This document shows, one piece after another, positions 53,093 through 53,470 of a stretch of DNA of 53,470 nucleotides. Position 1 is the stretch's first letter. Each line of letters begins with the position of its first letter. A program made the translations under genes and the position numbers. The DNA is taken from positions 1 through 53,470 of IMG/VR virus record IMGVR_UViG_3300023301_000001. One strand, given 5' to 3'. This stretch comes from a virus (Duplodnaviria; Caudoviricetes). Under the pieces are notes generated by a model. That model worked only from the letters and a program-made list of their open reading frames with translations. It had not been told where the DNA came from and ran no database searches.

Positions 53093-53097
53093 CGTCC

Positions 53098-53156
53098 CGA
53101 TTTTGCAATCTCCAGAAGATGTTGTAACGTAGTTCATAGGAGCCCGGGCGGTCCGG
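53098..53156 (+). promoter_or_regulatory. Repeated early promoter + leader hairpin, copy 4
   Basis: TTGCAA-N16-TAACGT, then CCGGGCGGTCCGG. Confidence 0.8.
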
Positions 53157-53171
53157 GACCGAGAGGATGAA

Positions 53172-53360
53172 ATGGACGATTTCACCGAAGAATATGATGA
53201 ACTGGATGATGCTCCTTGCTGCTCAATCTGCGACGGCGTAGGTCACGGATACCCGGGCGGAGGACCTTGCCCCTTGGAGAACCGTGGCGCCTGGGACTCC
53301 TTCCGCGATGAAGAGGCCGAGCGCGAGGCCCTGATGGCGTTTGGTCCGGAGGGATTCTGA
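53172..53360 (+). CDS. Small acidic Cys protein (CCSICDG.GH...CP)
   Basis: GAGAGG RBS after promoter. Confidence 0.7.
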   Translation: MDDFTEEYDELDDAPCCSICDGVGHGYPGGGPCPLENRGAWDSFRDEEAEREALMAFGPEGF

Positions 53361-53365
53361 TGCCC

Positions 53366-53470
53366 GGCTACTTTCACTCAGATCTGAACTTGATCACCTT
53401 TGAGCAGGTGGGTGAGTATGAGTACCCCACCACCGACTTCCCGAACAAGCCTCAGGTGTTCTTCATCGGA
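53366..53470. repeat. Terminal direct repeat, copy 2 (assembly overlap)
   Basis: Identical to 1-105. Confidence 0.95.

Noticed and set aside
53366-53470. 105-bp terminal repeat as a biological direct terminal repeat
   Set aside because: It lies within a coding sequence and is the kind of exact overlap assemblers leave on circular contigs; real termini need read data.
1-53470. Lysogeny module, reverse transcriptase/DGR or RNA polymerase
   Set aside because: No tyrosine/serine integrase, repressor, RT (YxDD) or RNAP motifs recognised in any supportable ORF.

Overview
The window is a complete, circularly assembled genome (about 53,365 bp unique; bases 1-105 are repeated at 53366-53470) of a GC-rich tailed siphovirus. 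All supportable genes lie on the + strand and I saw no integrase or repressor, so it is probably lytic. An actinobacterial host is inferred from the SSB tail DEPPF, the RBS/promoter style and an amidase lysin with no lysin B. Gene order: SNF2 helicase, Cas4/RecB-like nuclease, AAA recombinase, SSB, DnaG-primase/MCM-helicase fusion, a nucleotide/DNA-modification cluster, HNH plus an interrupted DnaE, promoter-driven small early genes, RuvC-like resolvase, then terminase, head, tail and lysis genes. Main unusual signals: (1) a CAT-TGA-CAT in-frame stop inside a hairpin in dnaE, which a ribosomal stop-hop would repair exactly, plus a second frame break in the same gene; (2) two distant copies of a ~300-bp phased, inverted-iteron, origin-like element; (3) a candidate base-modification pathway (variant ThyX, HhH/aGPT-like protein, flavoenzyme, HAD, Nmad1-like); (4) accessory genes bounded by 18-19 bp duplications of the RBS/stop-start junction; (5) a +1 tail-chaperone frameshift at TTT-CGC; (6) apparent genome-wide absence of AGCT. 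All protein family calls come from motif recognition by eye, not from database searches.
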